A DNA stretch of 64,000 nt from Octopus vulgaris. Its lineage: Eukaryota. The number at the start of each line of letters is the position of its first letter. The stretch's first letter is position 1. Below, one piece after another: positions 13,448 through 26,085 of the stretch. The DNA is taken from NCBI GenBank assembly GCA_951406725.2, contig OX597825.1, positions 62,248,001-62,312,000 of the forward strand, given 5' to 3'. Made by a program: the position numbers and the translations under genes. The notes beneath the pieces are model-generated. The model ran no database searches and was not told where the DNA came from. It worked only from the letters and a program-made list of their open reading frames with translations.

Positions 13448-13634
13448 GGGAGTATAACTCCAAACCTACAGTGAAAAATTTAATTTCACAATATAAATAT
13501 ATAATATATATAAATTAGAGAATAACCGCTATTATGCAATTCAAACAATGATAGACATAAACCAAATCATAAATAAAAAATAAAATATATAAAGTTTTAT
13601 AAAGAATTGAATTGCATAATAGTGGTTTTTCTCA

Positions 13635-13830
13635 CCACCTTAGAACCATCATGGCATCTGATGTGATTGTTTTGAACCAGGCAGTGTTTTGATAAGATAC
13701 CCACATAGATTGCATATCTGATTTGGACCACCAAAAGCTGCAGATAAGTTCTGATCTTTGTGGATTTTAAAGTGCCTTTGGAGGCCTCTGTTAGATTTGC
13801 AAACCTTTCTGGCATACATTGTATTGAAAG
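13635..13830 (-). mobile_element. Decayed LINE ORF C-terminus with two C2H2-like fingers (probably RTE-type)
   Basis: KVCKSNRGLQRHFKIH and ICNLCG.LIKT motifs broken by frameshifts. Confidence 0.45.
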
Positions 13831-14069
13831 GTGTGTACAGACATATAGTTAGAATAGTTGGTGGGGGTTTGTTTTCCATGAGTTCACAAATGAGATTTGA
13901 GCCCAGATAAAGAAACATCAGTGATAGACATATCTATTAATTAATCTCATCTGATAGAAATATATGTGTTACATCTCTAGTGTAAATATTAAGAAGCCAG
14001 TACAAAATATTTAAGTATATCTATATCTATCTATACATATATATATATTTATCTATCTATCTATCTATC

Positions 14070-14129
<60 letters not shown>

Positions 14130-14160
14130 TATATAAGTATATATGTATGTATATATTTTG

Positions 14161-14315
14161 TAGGCTTCTTTAAGTCTTTGTATACCAAATATACTCAAAA
14201 GGCTTTGGTTGGCCTGAGTCTATAGAAGACACTTGCCCAAGTTGCCACACTGTAGGACTGAACCCAGGACCACATGGTTGGAAAGCAAGGTTCTTAACCA
14301 AGCAGCTGTGCACTC
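14161..14315 (-). mobile_element. SINE family B, 5' half
   Basis: AGAAGACACTTGCCCAAG core; truncated at a (TA)n tract. Confidence 0.8.
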
Positions 14316-14392
14316 ACTTACCTATTATGTGATTAACACATGATTATTATAGCATTGACATATATGTAAAACAATATTACACTCAAATATAA

Positions 14393-14980
14393 GGCTGTGA
14401 GCTGGCAGAATCATTAGCATGCTGGGAAAAATATTTAGCAGCATTTCATCCGTCTTTGCATTCTAAGTTCAAACTTCACCAAGGTCAACTTTGCTGTTCA
14501 TCCTTTCAGTTTTACTCTTTTATTTGTCTCAGTCATTTGACTGGAGCACTGCCTTTAGTCAAGCAAATCGACCCCAGGACTTATTCTTTGTAAGCATAGT
14601 ACTTATTCTCTCAGTCTCTTTTGCTGAAACACACCAGCATCGGTTGTCAAGCGATGTTGGGGGTAAAAACACAGACACACGAACATATACACACGAACAT
14701 ACATATATATATATACATATATACGACAGGCTTCTTTAAGTTTTCGTCTACTAAATCCACTCACAAGGCTTTGGTCGGCCTGAGGCCATAGTAGAAGACA
14801 CTTGCCCAAGTTGCCACACAGTAGGACTGAACCCAGAACCATGTGTTTGGTAAGCAAGCTACTTACCATACAGCCACTCCTACGCCTATCAACAAAGCAC
14901 CAGATAAACACTGGGTCAATGTAATTGACTTACTCTTAGCCCCAAAATTGCTAGCCTTGTGCCAAAATTTGAAACCAACA
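14393..14980 (+). mobile_element. SINE family A split by a family B copy (14510-14886, minus strand)
   Basis: A head to TCATCCTTTCAG at about 14509 resumes at about 14890 (AAAGCACCAGATAAACACTGGGTCAATG); full B copy lies between. Confidence 0.8.
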
Positions 14981-15976
14981 TTACAATTAAATATAGATGT
15001 CTATATCTTGTATATTAATGAGAAACATCAGTGACAGACATATTTATTAATTAATCTCATCTCATAGAAATATATATGTGTTACATCTCCAAAGTAAATA
15101 TTAAGAAGCCAGTACAAAATATGCTGCTCTTAACAGTTATTTTCTATATTCCCCCTCTTGATTTCTCTATCACCATTTCTCTAACACTTCATTTGATGGT
15201 TTGTAGTTGTATTACATATTATATTAAAATAAATATAGTTTTCAAAAATATTTTCTATATCATTTTCACTTGATAAATACAACAGATCGCAGACATTAAA
15301 TATGTGATTTTATTTCTTATAAATATCTTTTTGTAGCATATAGCGAAGAGAAATGATTTAAGATACCTCATTTAGTTTCAGCAAATATGAAATATTTTAT
15401 CTTTTAGTTGACTATTCCACACACACACACACACACATGCATACACTTACATGCAGACAGACTCATACTTACTCTATAGTGTACATTTCTTTTATTATGC
15501 CAGCATTAGTTTTACATTTAATCAAAGTTGTTGATTTTTATATTTTTACAGTCTGCTGGAATAAATATGTTCTAAAACAGTTCTTTGTCTTACATAAACC
15601 ATATGACTGCGATACAGTCTCAGTTGGTGTAAGATATGTCACAATGACGATGAGCAATTTTAAGCATAAGACGTTGTAAATGGCAGCTTTACACATATGT
15701 GCATCTCTGCAGGCAGAATCAATAACTAACAGATTCCAGATTAAAACAGGACAGGTTCCTAAATAGTTACTTACTGGCTGAACTCTCCTAAAACTTCTGT
15801 CCTTGAAGTTCTGCTGTCAGTTCAAACCTGCCCATGACAGATTTACATGCATACACCTAATTACTCTACTACTACACACACACAAATGCACACTTCATAT
15901 GAGCAAAGCTTGCATCGAAATACTGAATAATAATTTCAACATTTATAATATTTTTCACCGTAATCTTATATACTCT

Positions 15977-16382
15977 CTCTTTACTCTTTTACTTGTTTCA
16001 GTCATTTGACTGTGGCCATGCTGGAGCACCACCATTAGTCGAGGAAATCGACCCCGGGACTTATTCTTTGTAAGCCCAGTACTTATTCTATCGGTCTCTT
16101 TTGCCGAACCGCTAAGTGACGGGGACGTAAACACACCAGCATCGGTTGTCAAGCAATGCTAGGGAGACAAACACAGACACACAAATGCACACATACATAC
16201 ATATATATATACATATATACGACAGGCTTCTTTCAGTTTCCGTCTACCAAATCCACTCACAAGGCATTGGTCGGCCCGAGGCTATAGTAGAAGACACTTG
16301 CCCAAGGTGCCACGCAGCGGGACTGAACCCGGAACCATGTGGTTGCTTAGCAAGCTACTTACCACACAGCCACTCCAGCACC
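15977..16382 (-). mobile_element. Full-length young SINE family B
   Basis: Near-identical reverse complement of 29097-29505. Confidence 0.92.
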
Positions 16383-17344
16383 TATCTAACACACTGCATT
16401 TTTTTTTCTGTAACCTTTCTCTCCATTTATAAATCTTCTCATTTATTTTTTAAAGATATTGTCATTCTCTTCACATATTACAAGGCAAGATTATTTTAAT
16501 GACTTGATCGGAACTAAATTTCTCTGCTGATTCTCTATATGTTATCTTAATTGATCTAAATGCTTTTAAGATGTTATTATCCATGTTGAATATTATATCG
16601 CATATAATGTTCTAGCAAATATCGTAAGCCCTTCATGTAGTTCTAGATTAGACTGTCATATAACGATAAAATATCCGTAGCCAAATTACACAGTTCACAT
16701 TATTATGTGCAGACAGATGTATTATGCTTCCATTGGCACCCTGCAACCATTCCAGTCACATAATTTGACAATGCATATTCACATTCATTAGTGATATGTC
16801 ATTCTTAGATTCAGAACTTAAAAGATAAAGTCTAAAGTCTTGAAATATTAATTCCAGTAGGAATCACTGCTAGGTTAATACATGTTCACCATTGTGTACA
16901 GAAATGCCAGTGCTTGTAAGGACATGTGATGTGGAGGAGTGATAACAGCAGTACATTAATAGTGGAAAGGAATTTTTGGCACAGATCAAAGAATACTATG
17001 TAGTAATACTGCATTTTTTGCTCGTGTGTAAAATCATTGCTTTTTTTTTCTGAATGTACTTACATGTAAAAGGAATTAAATTTCACTGAAGTTATTTAAT
17101 AAGATATTCAATTTTCAAATTAAGAAATGATAACATTGAGTTCCATGGATACTCTTTGATAAAAATACGCATGACAAAGAGAAAACAATGTGCTAATATG
17201 AGGTCCACTGGATCTGTACAATTATATAAGAATGTGCCTGGACATTTGAGGGAGTTTATTTTCTGTACATTCCTAGTGTTTCATGTACCTGCACATCTGC
17301 TACACACAAAAACTATGTTCTCTGTTAAACTTTCTGTGATATTG

Positions 17345-19140
17345 CTGCACTTCTTATGAGTTCATAGCTTGCACTGGGTACACCATATAGAGTTTCTACC
17401 AACACCTTTTCTACAATTCGAACGGGGCTATCACCCTGAAGGGCTTAGCGAGTTGTCTGTTTTCTTACTTGCTAGCACTTTGGTCTTTGCTAAATTAGCT
17501 CTAAGGCCCACTGATTCCAGATCTTGCTTCCACACCTGAAATTTCTTCTCTAGTTCTCATAGTGATTCTGCAATAAGAGCAAGGTCATCAGCATAGAAGA
17601 GCTCCCAAGGGGAACCATTCTTAAATTCATTTGTTACGGCCAGGAGGACTGTGATAAACAAGAAGGTACTGAGAACTAAACCTTGATGGTCTCCTACCAG
17701 TACACTAAATTCCTTGCTATACCCATTGACAACTTTCACCTTATTGACAGCATCTCTGTATATGGATTTCACAACTCTCACCAACCACTCATCTATTCCT
17801 AGCTTCTGCAATGCCCACCAGATAAGTAGCAGGGGCCCATGTTAAAGGCTTTCTCTATGTCAACAAAAGCCAAATACTGAGGTTTATTTTTGTCTAAATA
17901 CTTCACCTGAAGTTGCCTCACCAGGAAGGTAGCACCAATGGTGCTTCTTCCTGGCAGAAAACCAAATTGCATCTCATAAAGGCTAACTCTCTTCCTAATT
18001 AATTGAGCTATGATCCTTTCTGTAATTTTCATCATCTGGTCTAGCAACTTGATACCTCTGAAATTATCTGTTTAAGGTCTCACATTTACCTTTGCAGCAG
18101 GTGACTATAATGGTACTACATCAATTATGCAGTTCTCTTCTAACATCATTATTCCAATCCTTCCAAGCCTGTTTCTTCATTCTAATCGCCCTGTCTACTA
18201 TACTGTTTCACTTCCATAGGCAAGTATATTTTTTAAAAAAAGTCACTTAATAATTCAAACTTTGAGAAAAATAAGTATTTTATAATTTTCGTTATATCAC
18301 TGCATACAGGAAGAAACATGGCTGTGTGGTTAAGAACTTTCCTTTGTAACCATATGGTTTTGAATTCAGCCCCTCTGCACTTTACTTTGGGCAATTGTCT
18401 TCTATAGCCCAGGGCGAACCAATGCCTTATAAGGGAATTTTATAGATGGAAAAGGTGTGGAAGCTCATTACACACACAGAGACACAGACATATATAAATA
18501 TGTGTATATGTAAGTAAATGCATGCGTCCCTTTGTGTCTGTCTCCATACTACCTGGCAACTAGCATTAGTTTATTCATACCCCAATCAATTAATAGTTCA
18601 GCAAAAAGATGATTAAAATAAATATGGGACGTTTTACTTTATCTACTAAGCTACTGTTGATTAGAATAGCTGGTCCCTCTGCTGGGTCCACTTTAGGCTG
18701 GCTCTCCTCCCATTTGTTCTCTACATTTAGCAATTTTTCATAGTGGCACCTCCAAGCCTTCTTTATTGCTCAATCCCTAACTGCAAGTGAGTCATCCTCC
18801 ATGCAAATATTCTTCTCTCCTACAACATCACGGTTTTCTCTGACACACTGTCTTGCAATCCAAAATACCTATTTCTTTACTACACACAAGGGGACAAACA
18901 ATGACAGACAAATGGATTAAGTCGATTACATCGATTCCGGTGCATAACTGGTACATAATTTATCGACCCCGAAAGGATGAAAGGCAAAGTTGACCTCGTC
19001 GGAATTTGAACTCAGAACGTAGCGGCAGACAAAATATGGCTACACATTTCGCCCGGCGTGCTAACGTTTCTGCCAGCTTCCAAAATACCTCAAGCTTCTG
19101 GTCCTCATGCTGCAGAACATTGGCAAACTTTGTAAAAAGC
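17345..19140 (-). mobile_element. Decayed RTE LINE reverse transcriptase fragment, interrupted by SINEs
   Basis: MQFGFLPGRST, LAFVDIEKAFN, HQGLVLS, LFYADDL motifs (17557-18047); upstream ORF part IARQCVRENRDVVGEK at 18650-18870 and 19080-19140; SINE B at about 18305-18640. Confidence 0.9.
18871..19078 (-). mobile_element. SINE family A nested in the RTE
   Basis: TSD TCCAAAATACCT (18859-18870 / 19079-19090). Confidence 0.9.
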
Positions 19141-19771
19141 CAAAGTACTAGGAATAGTTTCTTTGACTAAGCCCTACAAGACATTGCTCCAGTCTGGCAA
19201 TCAAATGATTTAAGTAAGTAAAAGAATAAAAAAACTAAAATATTAGTTCAATATCTTTAACATTAACTGAAGATACTGAAATCTGAAGCAAACTATAAAG
19301 TGAACGAAAACCATTATGATATAAGGAGAGATATAACATGGTAAATATATGTGGGCTGTGATATTGAATCATCAAAAGGCTTACAGATGAAAAGCTGATA
19401 GTGGGGGTTAATCTATTGCTTTAGATGTCCAATAAGTATATTTCTTTGATGACTTAAGTTACCAATATTTCTACAGAAGAGCTTTCCACTCTTATATTTT
19501 AACAGCTGTCAAGATATCCGAGATATCATTTAACTGATGAGTTTGCGGTAATCTGATACACTCTTTTGTGTATGCATCCCATGTTACACAGCTGGTTCTG
19601 CCTCTGTAAAACTATGTTGCCTTTTTGCATTTGGTTGGGTACATTTCTACGACTGCTGAGCCAAGACTGCCCAGTTAGTTATCTAACTATGCCTTAGCAA
19701 AAGCTACAAAACGATGCTTCATGCTGGATGCTAGCCTGGAAGTTTTAAAGTTTTGCATTAAGACTAGGGAC

Positions 19772-19980
19772 AAGGCAGTGAGCTGGCAGAAACGTTAGTA
19801 TGCTGGGCGAAATGCTTAGCAGTATTTTGTCTGTCTTTACGTTCTGAGTTCAAATTCTGCCGAGGTTAACTTTGCCTTTCATCCTTTTGGAGTCGATAAA
19901 TTAAGTACCAGTTACGCACTGGGGTCGATCTAATCGACTGGTCAAAAAAAAATTTCAGGCCTTGTGCCTAGAGTAGAAAG
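19772..19980 (+). mobile_element. SINE family A
   Basis: A and B boxes plus core; TSD ATTAAGACTAGGG on both sides. Confidence 0.88.
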
Positions 19981-20189
19981 ATTAAGACTAGGGGAAAAAC
20001 AACTCTAAGTATAAAATTTTGCTTTTTAACAGTGCCCGCAAAGAAGCGCAGGCTAAGGGCATCAGATCTGTTTATAAATCAGGGTAAAAGAAGAGAACAC
20101 GAAGACTTGATGACAGGAATAATGGTGTATTATGGTTGAAATCTTTTGACTCTCAACAATGAGGATGAGAATACTCTAGACAGCTTATG

Positions 20190-20650
20190 TTGTCATCGTC
20201 ATCATCACCACCTCCACCACCATCATCACCATATGATGTCCATTTCCTATACTGGGAGAGGTCGGATCGTTTCACAGGAGCTGGGCAGCTGAAGAGTTGC
20301 CTGAGTTCTATGTCACTACTGACATGGTTTCTATGACTGAATACCTTTCCTAATGCCGACCACTTTACAGAGTGTACTGAGTGATTTTATGTAACACTGA
20401 AATAGGTGCTTTTATGTGGCACCACTATGGGTGCCTTTTATATGGTACCAGCACCCATGAACCTGCAAGGTTAGGATCTTTCAGCTGAAGACGAATGTAG
20501 GGGACACACTTGTATGCAAGGACATCCACAATTTTACTTAGCTTGATGTGTCTTCTTAAACACAACAAACCAGCAGAAGCCTAGGTCCCTAGTGATCCAC
20601 TCAGTGAGGCCTAACATCTGAAGATCCTATCTTACCATTTTGTCCCACAT
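20190..20650 (-). mobile_element. RTE LINE 3' fragment (old)
   Basis: (CAT/CAC)n tail, CCTTTCCTAATGCCGACCACTTTACAGAGTG, ORF end region. Confidence 0.65.
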
Positions 20651-20710
20651 CTTCTTGTACATTATTTAGTATTTCTAAATATGTACTAATGTACATATAT
20701 GTACTAATGT

Positions 20711-21140
20711 TGTTGGCATCCTTTTGTCTCGGGAGACAATGGAGTTGTGCATAAACTAATCCAGTCTGGTTTTTACATTTCATGTCCTCTCCAGTTTCCT
20801 CTTCAGTTTTGTGCAGGCCTGGGCTAGATGTAAGAAAATCCTGGGTAGCCCAATCGTCAGGATTCCTCTCTCGACCTTGCTGATGTAGTCCAAAGGAGTG
20901 CAGAGCATTACGTTTGGCACCAGCTTGGTTGTAGGAGATGCCGGAAGAGTGTTGAGTTGAACACTAAACCACCTACGGGGCCCCACTCTGGATTTCTTTG
21001 AAGGTTGTATACCTTCTGTAACACTGGATAGGGGCCCATACTGGGTATTGTCAGCCAGAGTCAGCTGAGCCCAGGACTCGTGTCAGGCAGGGTTGTCACT
21101 CCCTGAAGTAGTGAAGAAAATCGCTACCCACTACCTATAA
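20711..21140 (-). mobile_element. Short non-autonomous RTE-derived element
   Basis: GC-richer 430-bp block; minus strand ends CCATTGTCTCCCGAGACAAAAGGATGCCAACA (RTE/BovB-like terminus); flanked by GTACTAATGT repeats. Confidence 0.55.
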
Positions 21141-22059
21141 TAAGTACTAATGTACATATGTACTATGTACATTAGTACATATATGTACTAATCTACATAT
21201 TCTCTTAGGATTTTATATATGTATTTTAAACCAATAGCTTTTTCTCGCAGTGTACCTAATTGAATTAAGGACAGATTTATTCAATTAAGGGATACTAAAG
21301 CAGAAGGTATTAAGGGATAGGGTTCTTTTTATTTATTTCTTTTATCCTTTTTTCCCTCCTTCTTGCATTCATGTTTAAATGATGGCTTTAGAATATCTAT
21401 TTCATCTCTTACTGTTACTGAACATTAAATGTCATAGTTCTAGCTTTGTATCTCAGCATATTTATTTTCAGCATGATTGATCTGATAGATATCCAAAGAT
21501 TTAGCACAAGCTGTCAAGGCCAATTTGATAGTGCATGAACAAACCTCCAAGATCCAATTTCTATAGAAGGTGGTAAATGTGTGACCTTCATTTTGTTACT
21601 CCCATCTGTTACTTTCAGTTAGAAATTGAAGAGCAAAAAGAATCCGGTTTCTGTGAGATGTTTGATGTCAAAACTTTTATGTGCATCAGCACCACCAAAT
21701 GCCATAAAAATATTGCCCGATTCTTTGTAAGAAGAATTTGGTATGAAAGTACATCTATAATATCAGCCCATACATCTTACGCTAAACTGTGCCTCTGTGC
21801 AACTGGGCATATGTCTTAATAGATTTCTGGTTTACAATACACTTCTCATTCCAAAATTCTTTAGTTTACTATCAGGGTTTGTTTTAAGATGAGTATTGAA
21901 GGATAAATATGTTTTTCTTCATCAATGGAATTGTTCAGTGATTTTTATTATCTTTCTCATTCTCAAATGAAACAACAGTACCGCAAGAAAATTACAAGAT
22001 CACTCACGAATATGTATGAATATGTGTGTGTGTATATGTGGTGCAAAACATGCAGGTTT

Positions 22060-22090
<31 letters not shown>

Positions 22091-23029
22091 ATATATATAT
22101 AATAACTATGCAACAAGTCATATCTATTCATTTTCTCTGCCTTTACCGTTTTCTATTTTCCTTTCACAGGCCCTTATCTTCTCTCTACCCCCTCTCTCTC
22201 TTTCACACACACACATACACACAATTGCACACACATGTACACGCTCATATAACAATATATTTCTATAAACACTGACACATTTTCAATGATAGACATAAGG
22301 GTATATCATTACTTATTTCAATAAACACTTACATTTCTCTAAATTTATAACATACACAACACACACACACACACACACACACACGCATATACTGAAGCAT
22401 AGGAAACTTACTTCCTCACACATTATATTTTTCTTATAATACATATTTTTCTGCCATAATTTTTTTTTACTTCTTTAAATAGCAAACTGACAGATCTTTA
22501 GTTGAAAAGAGAGACTATCTATGATAACAGAGTCATTTGAGCAATGCCTTAGCTTTTGAAAACTGAAGAGACTCGTCAGCTTTCTAATGCATCCAGGAAT
22601 AATGATAAATGGTTTTCTATTGATAGAGCTTAGTAGACAAAGAATAACAGTGTAAATACAATGTGACAGACAGGATTCAGAAAGAGATACTAGCGAGATT
22701 ATTTTTATCAACTACCATAAAGAAGATGAGAATCTTTACAGCAGAGATGGAATATTCCAGAAAGAAACCAGATATAGTGTGAAGAGTGTTCAGTAAGGCA
22801 TGCAAAAGATTAGAGCAGGTTGAGCTATTGGTTTCCTTTGATGTAGATATTTCTTATAGTATTAATACGGAGAAATCTATTCTAATTCTACAAAAGCATC
22901 AATGGAAATGTACAGATATCAGTGTGTCCATCTGATGTTTAGATGTGTTAATGTGTAATATTCTGCTGTGTAATATTCAAGCAGTTTGATGGATGTTTGT
23001 GTAAAGACATGTGATAACTTAAGTGCATA

Positions 23030-23172
23030 CGTATGCATGTGCGTATGTATGTATGTATGTATGTATGTATGTATATGTATAAACATACATTATATGTGTA
23101 TAACATATATGTATGACATACTTACATATACTGTATATATAATATATATATATATATACATACACACATATA

Positions 23173-23224
<52 letters not shown>

Positions 23225-23301
23225 CACATACACATATTCATGTATATAGGTATACATACACATAGATAGATTGATAGACAGACAGATAGATAGATAGATA
23301 A

Positions 23302-23385
<84 letters not shown>

Positions 23386-23430
23386 ATGGATGGATGGATG
23401 GATGGATGGATAAATAGAAAGATAGATTGG
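23030..23430. repeat. Compound (TATG)n/(TA)n/(GATA)n microsatellite
   Basis: Directly visible. Confidence 0.95.
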
Positions 23431-24099
23431 GATATATGTGTGTGTCGGTGTGTGAATAAATACACATACACACACTCATATATGTATGTACCACCACCAC
23501 CAATATCATCATCATCATCATCATCTTCATTTTAACATCCATTTTTCTATACTTGCATAGGGCAGAAAGAATTGGAATGTGTGTGTGTACATATAGAAAC
23601 ACGTGCACACACACATATATATATTAATATCTATTTAAGTTTTCTTTTTATGTCAAGTTATATATAAAACTATCTTATATTAAACTGAAGGATGACTCAA
23701 TATGTATTAGTAGAGTTCTTATTAAAATTTTTGAAGGAACTGACAGTAGCTAAAATATGTTGGCTTGCTCACTTTCACAAGCTTTGATTGACTTTGGTTC
23801 TTTCTGGTTTTATATAGTTTTTGCATGCTGTGATTTTACATGTGGAGCAATGTGATAAATAATTAGTTGTAGTGTAAGAAGACAAGGAAACAATTGTGTG
23901 GGAAGTGAGAAAGTAAAAAAGTACTGGAATAAAGTATGTGCTTGTAAGGTGTGGTTTAATAGAAAAGTATGGTAAAGAGATTTATTTTAGTTTGATACAG
24001 GAATTTTGTCATGGTTTAGGGCTCAGTCAAGTACAGAATTAAAGGAGCAAACAGATGCGCCATATTAAGTTCTTGATATTTTGTGTATCTTTTATTTTT

Positions 24100-24455
24100 C
24101 ATATGTTTTAGTCATTTGATTGTGGCAATACTGGAGCATCACCTTGAAAAACTTTTAGTTGAAGGAATCAACACCAGCACTTATGTTTTTAAGCCTTGTA
24201 CTTGTTCTATCAGTCTCTTTTTGCCAAACTGCTAATGTTATGGCAGATATAAACAAACCAACACTGGCTGCCAAGCTGTAGTGGTGGAGAAACACAAACA
24301 CACACACACATACATACAATAGACGCTTTACAGTCTTTGTCAACCAAATCCCCTCACAAGGCCTTGGTTGGCCTGAAGCTATAGTAAGAGATATTTGCCC
24401 ATAGTGCTTCACAGTGAGACTGAACCTAGAACCATGTGGTTATGAAAGAATCTTG
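24100..24455 (-). mobile_element. Old SINE family B
   Basis: Diverged match to 29097-29505. Confidence 0.75.
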
Positions 24456-24457
24456 TA

Positions 24458-24501
<44 letters not shown>

Positions 24502-24648
24502 TGTGAGTGATTGTGAATGGAAGATTATATTAACCAAAGGAATTCCAACTTTGTCTTATTTTCACATTTTCTTTACAATCTTATAACAATATAATATAAG
24601 ATAGTATAATATAACGAAATGATAAAATATCAAATGTTCATTCTGATT

Positions 24649-24686
24649 GAACTAGTACTTTCACACATTATGCAATCTTCAGGTTC
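24649..24686 (-). ncRNA. Minimal type-I hammerhead ribozyme motif
   Basis: GAAC-CTGAAGA-ttgcataatgtgt-GAAA-GTAC-TA-GTTC: stem I GAAC/GTTC, palindromic stem III AGTACT. Confidence 0.75.
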
Positions 24687-24696
24687 GTATAGTAAG

Positions 24697-24835
24697 TGTA
24701 TTAGTTTGATGCTCAGGAAAGTAAGAAAATCTTTTATGTTTCGAGCCTATCCTCTTCAGCAGAAAAGAATAAGAGAAAGTAAACAGAGGGAAAATAAAAA
24801 AAAAATTGTGGATTTAGTAATCAAGCATGGCAGCT
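24697..24835 (-). mobile_element. PLE pLTR-like fragment (same family as 28138-28335 and 41070-41252)
   Basis: Shared GAAGAG..TAGGCTCGAAA..TAAAAGA...TTCCTGAGC...ACTAATACA sequence. Confidence 0.7.
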
Positions 24836-25738
24836 CTAAGTATCATTATTATTGTTTATTTAGCTTGGATTGGGATATATTAATAAAGTTCTTTTCTCAG
24901 ATTTTTCTCTCAATTTCATTTGGACTGTGTAGTTTGTGGAATGGAAATATTATAAACATTTTCCAACCACATGTTGCTAGATGGTTACTCAAAGGTATCT
25001 GACAGACATTTGGTTCACTAATTTGCTGTTGGTGCACACGTGAACGTTCTGATAGTGCTTTCCAGTCTGACCCACACATAGTTCTTCACAATTCAGGCAT
25101 TTGATGGAGTAAATTTAATTACTGATTTTTGCAGTCCATTTTTGCATTTGTAAATATATTTCCAGATTTTGTGTTCATATATTGGTCGATATGTATGTAC
25201 TAGCGCATGCCACATCGCTAACATTGTATATAGGATACAGTGAATGATTGATCTTTGGGACTAAGGCCAAACTTTGTCTTTGTTGATAATTTTTTCAAGT
25301 TTTTGGACTGTCTTTTACTAAGAGCCATAGCTTGAGCCGTGATTATATCTTTTAATTCATCCATTTGAGCAATAATTGGTAGGTTTGCTTTGGCAATGTT
25401 AAAGATATTCTGGGGATATGGCTTGTATGTCACTATAAATGGTGTGACTATAAATGGTATGTTCTTGTTTTCCTCAAAGGAATCAACCCCAGCACTTTTT
25501 TTTTTTTTGCTTTGGCCAGGTCAAAATACAGGTCTCTTGACATATTCAACAAAACATGATGCCGAAACCAAACACCTATCAACTTAGGTAATTTAAGTCG
25601 AAACCACACACTGATTGGTCAGAATATAGTTTGCAAAAGTTAACATTCTGGAGCCTGTACAAATGTATTTAAGGTACACATTTTAGTCATCTCACTACAG
25701 GGGTAGATTATAAAAGATAACTATCACTACTACTATAT

Positions 25739-25781
25739 GAAACTGAAGATTGCATAGTTTAATACATGAATGTACTAGTTC
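25739..25781 (+). ncRNA. Second, mutated copy of the pLTR hammerhead motif
   Basis: GAAA-CTGAAGA-ttgcat...atacat-GAAT-GTAC-TA-GTTC (GAAA changed to GAAT). Confidence 0.55.
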
Positions 25782-25896
25782 AATCAGAATGAACATTTAA
25801 TTTCCTATCATTTAATTATATTATATTATCTTATATCATATTATTATAAAATTGAAAATAAAATATGAAAGTCAAAGTGGAATTCCTTTGATTTAT

Positions 25897-26085
<189 letters not shown>

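Larger units (their letters stand above)
24533..25892 (-). mobile_element. Decayed Penelope-like element with inverted pLTRs
   Basis: Minus strand: TYKPYPQNIFNIAKANLPI...SKRQSKNLKKL...C*RCG (linker), YSIKCLNCEELCVGQTGK...SERSRVHQQQI...LSNHLATCG (GIY-YIG); about 160-bp inverted arms at 24533-24697 and 25727-25892. Confidence 0.85.

Noticed and set aside
13649-13918. Possible host C2H2 zinc-finger gene
   Set aside because: Only two frameshifted fingers without TGEKP linkers; better explained as a LINE C-terminus
21040-21140. Possible HDV-like ribozyme at the 5' end of the RTE derivative
   Set aside because: Could not build a consistent P1/P2/P3/P1.1 pairing by eye
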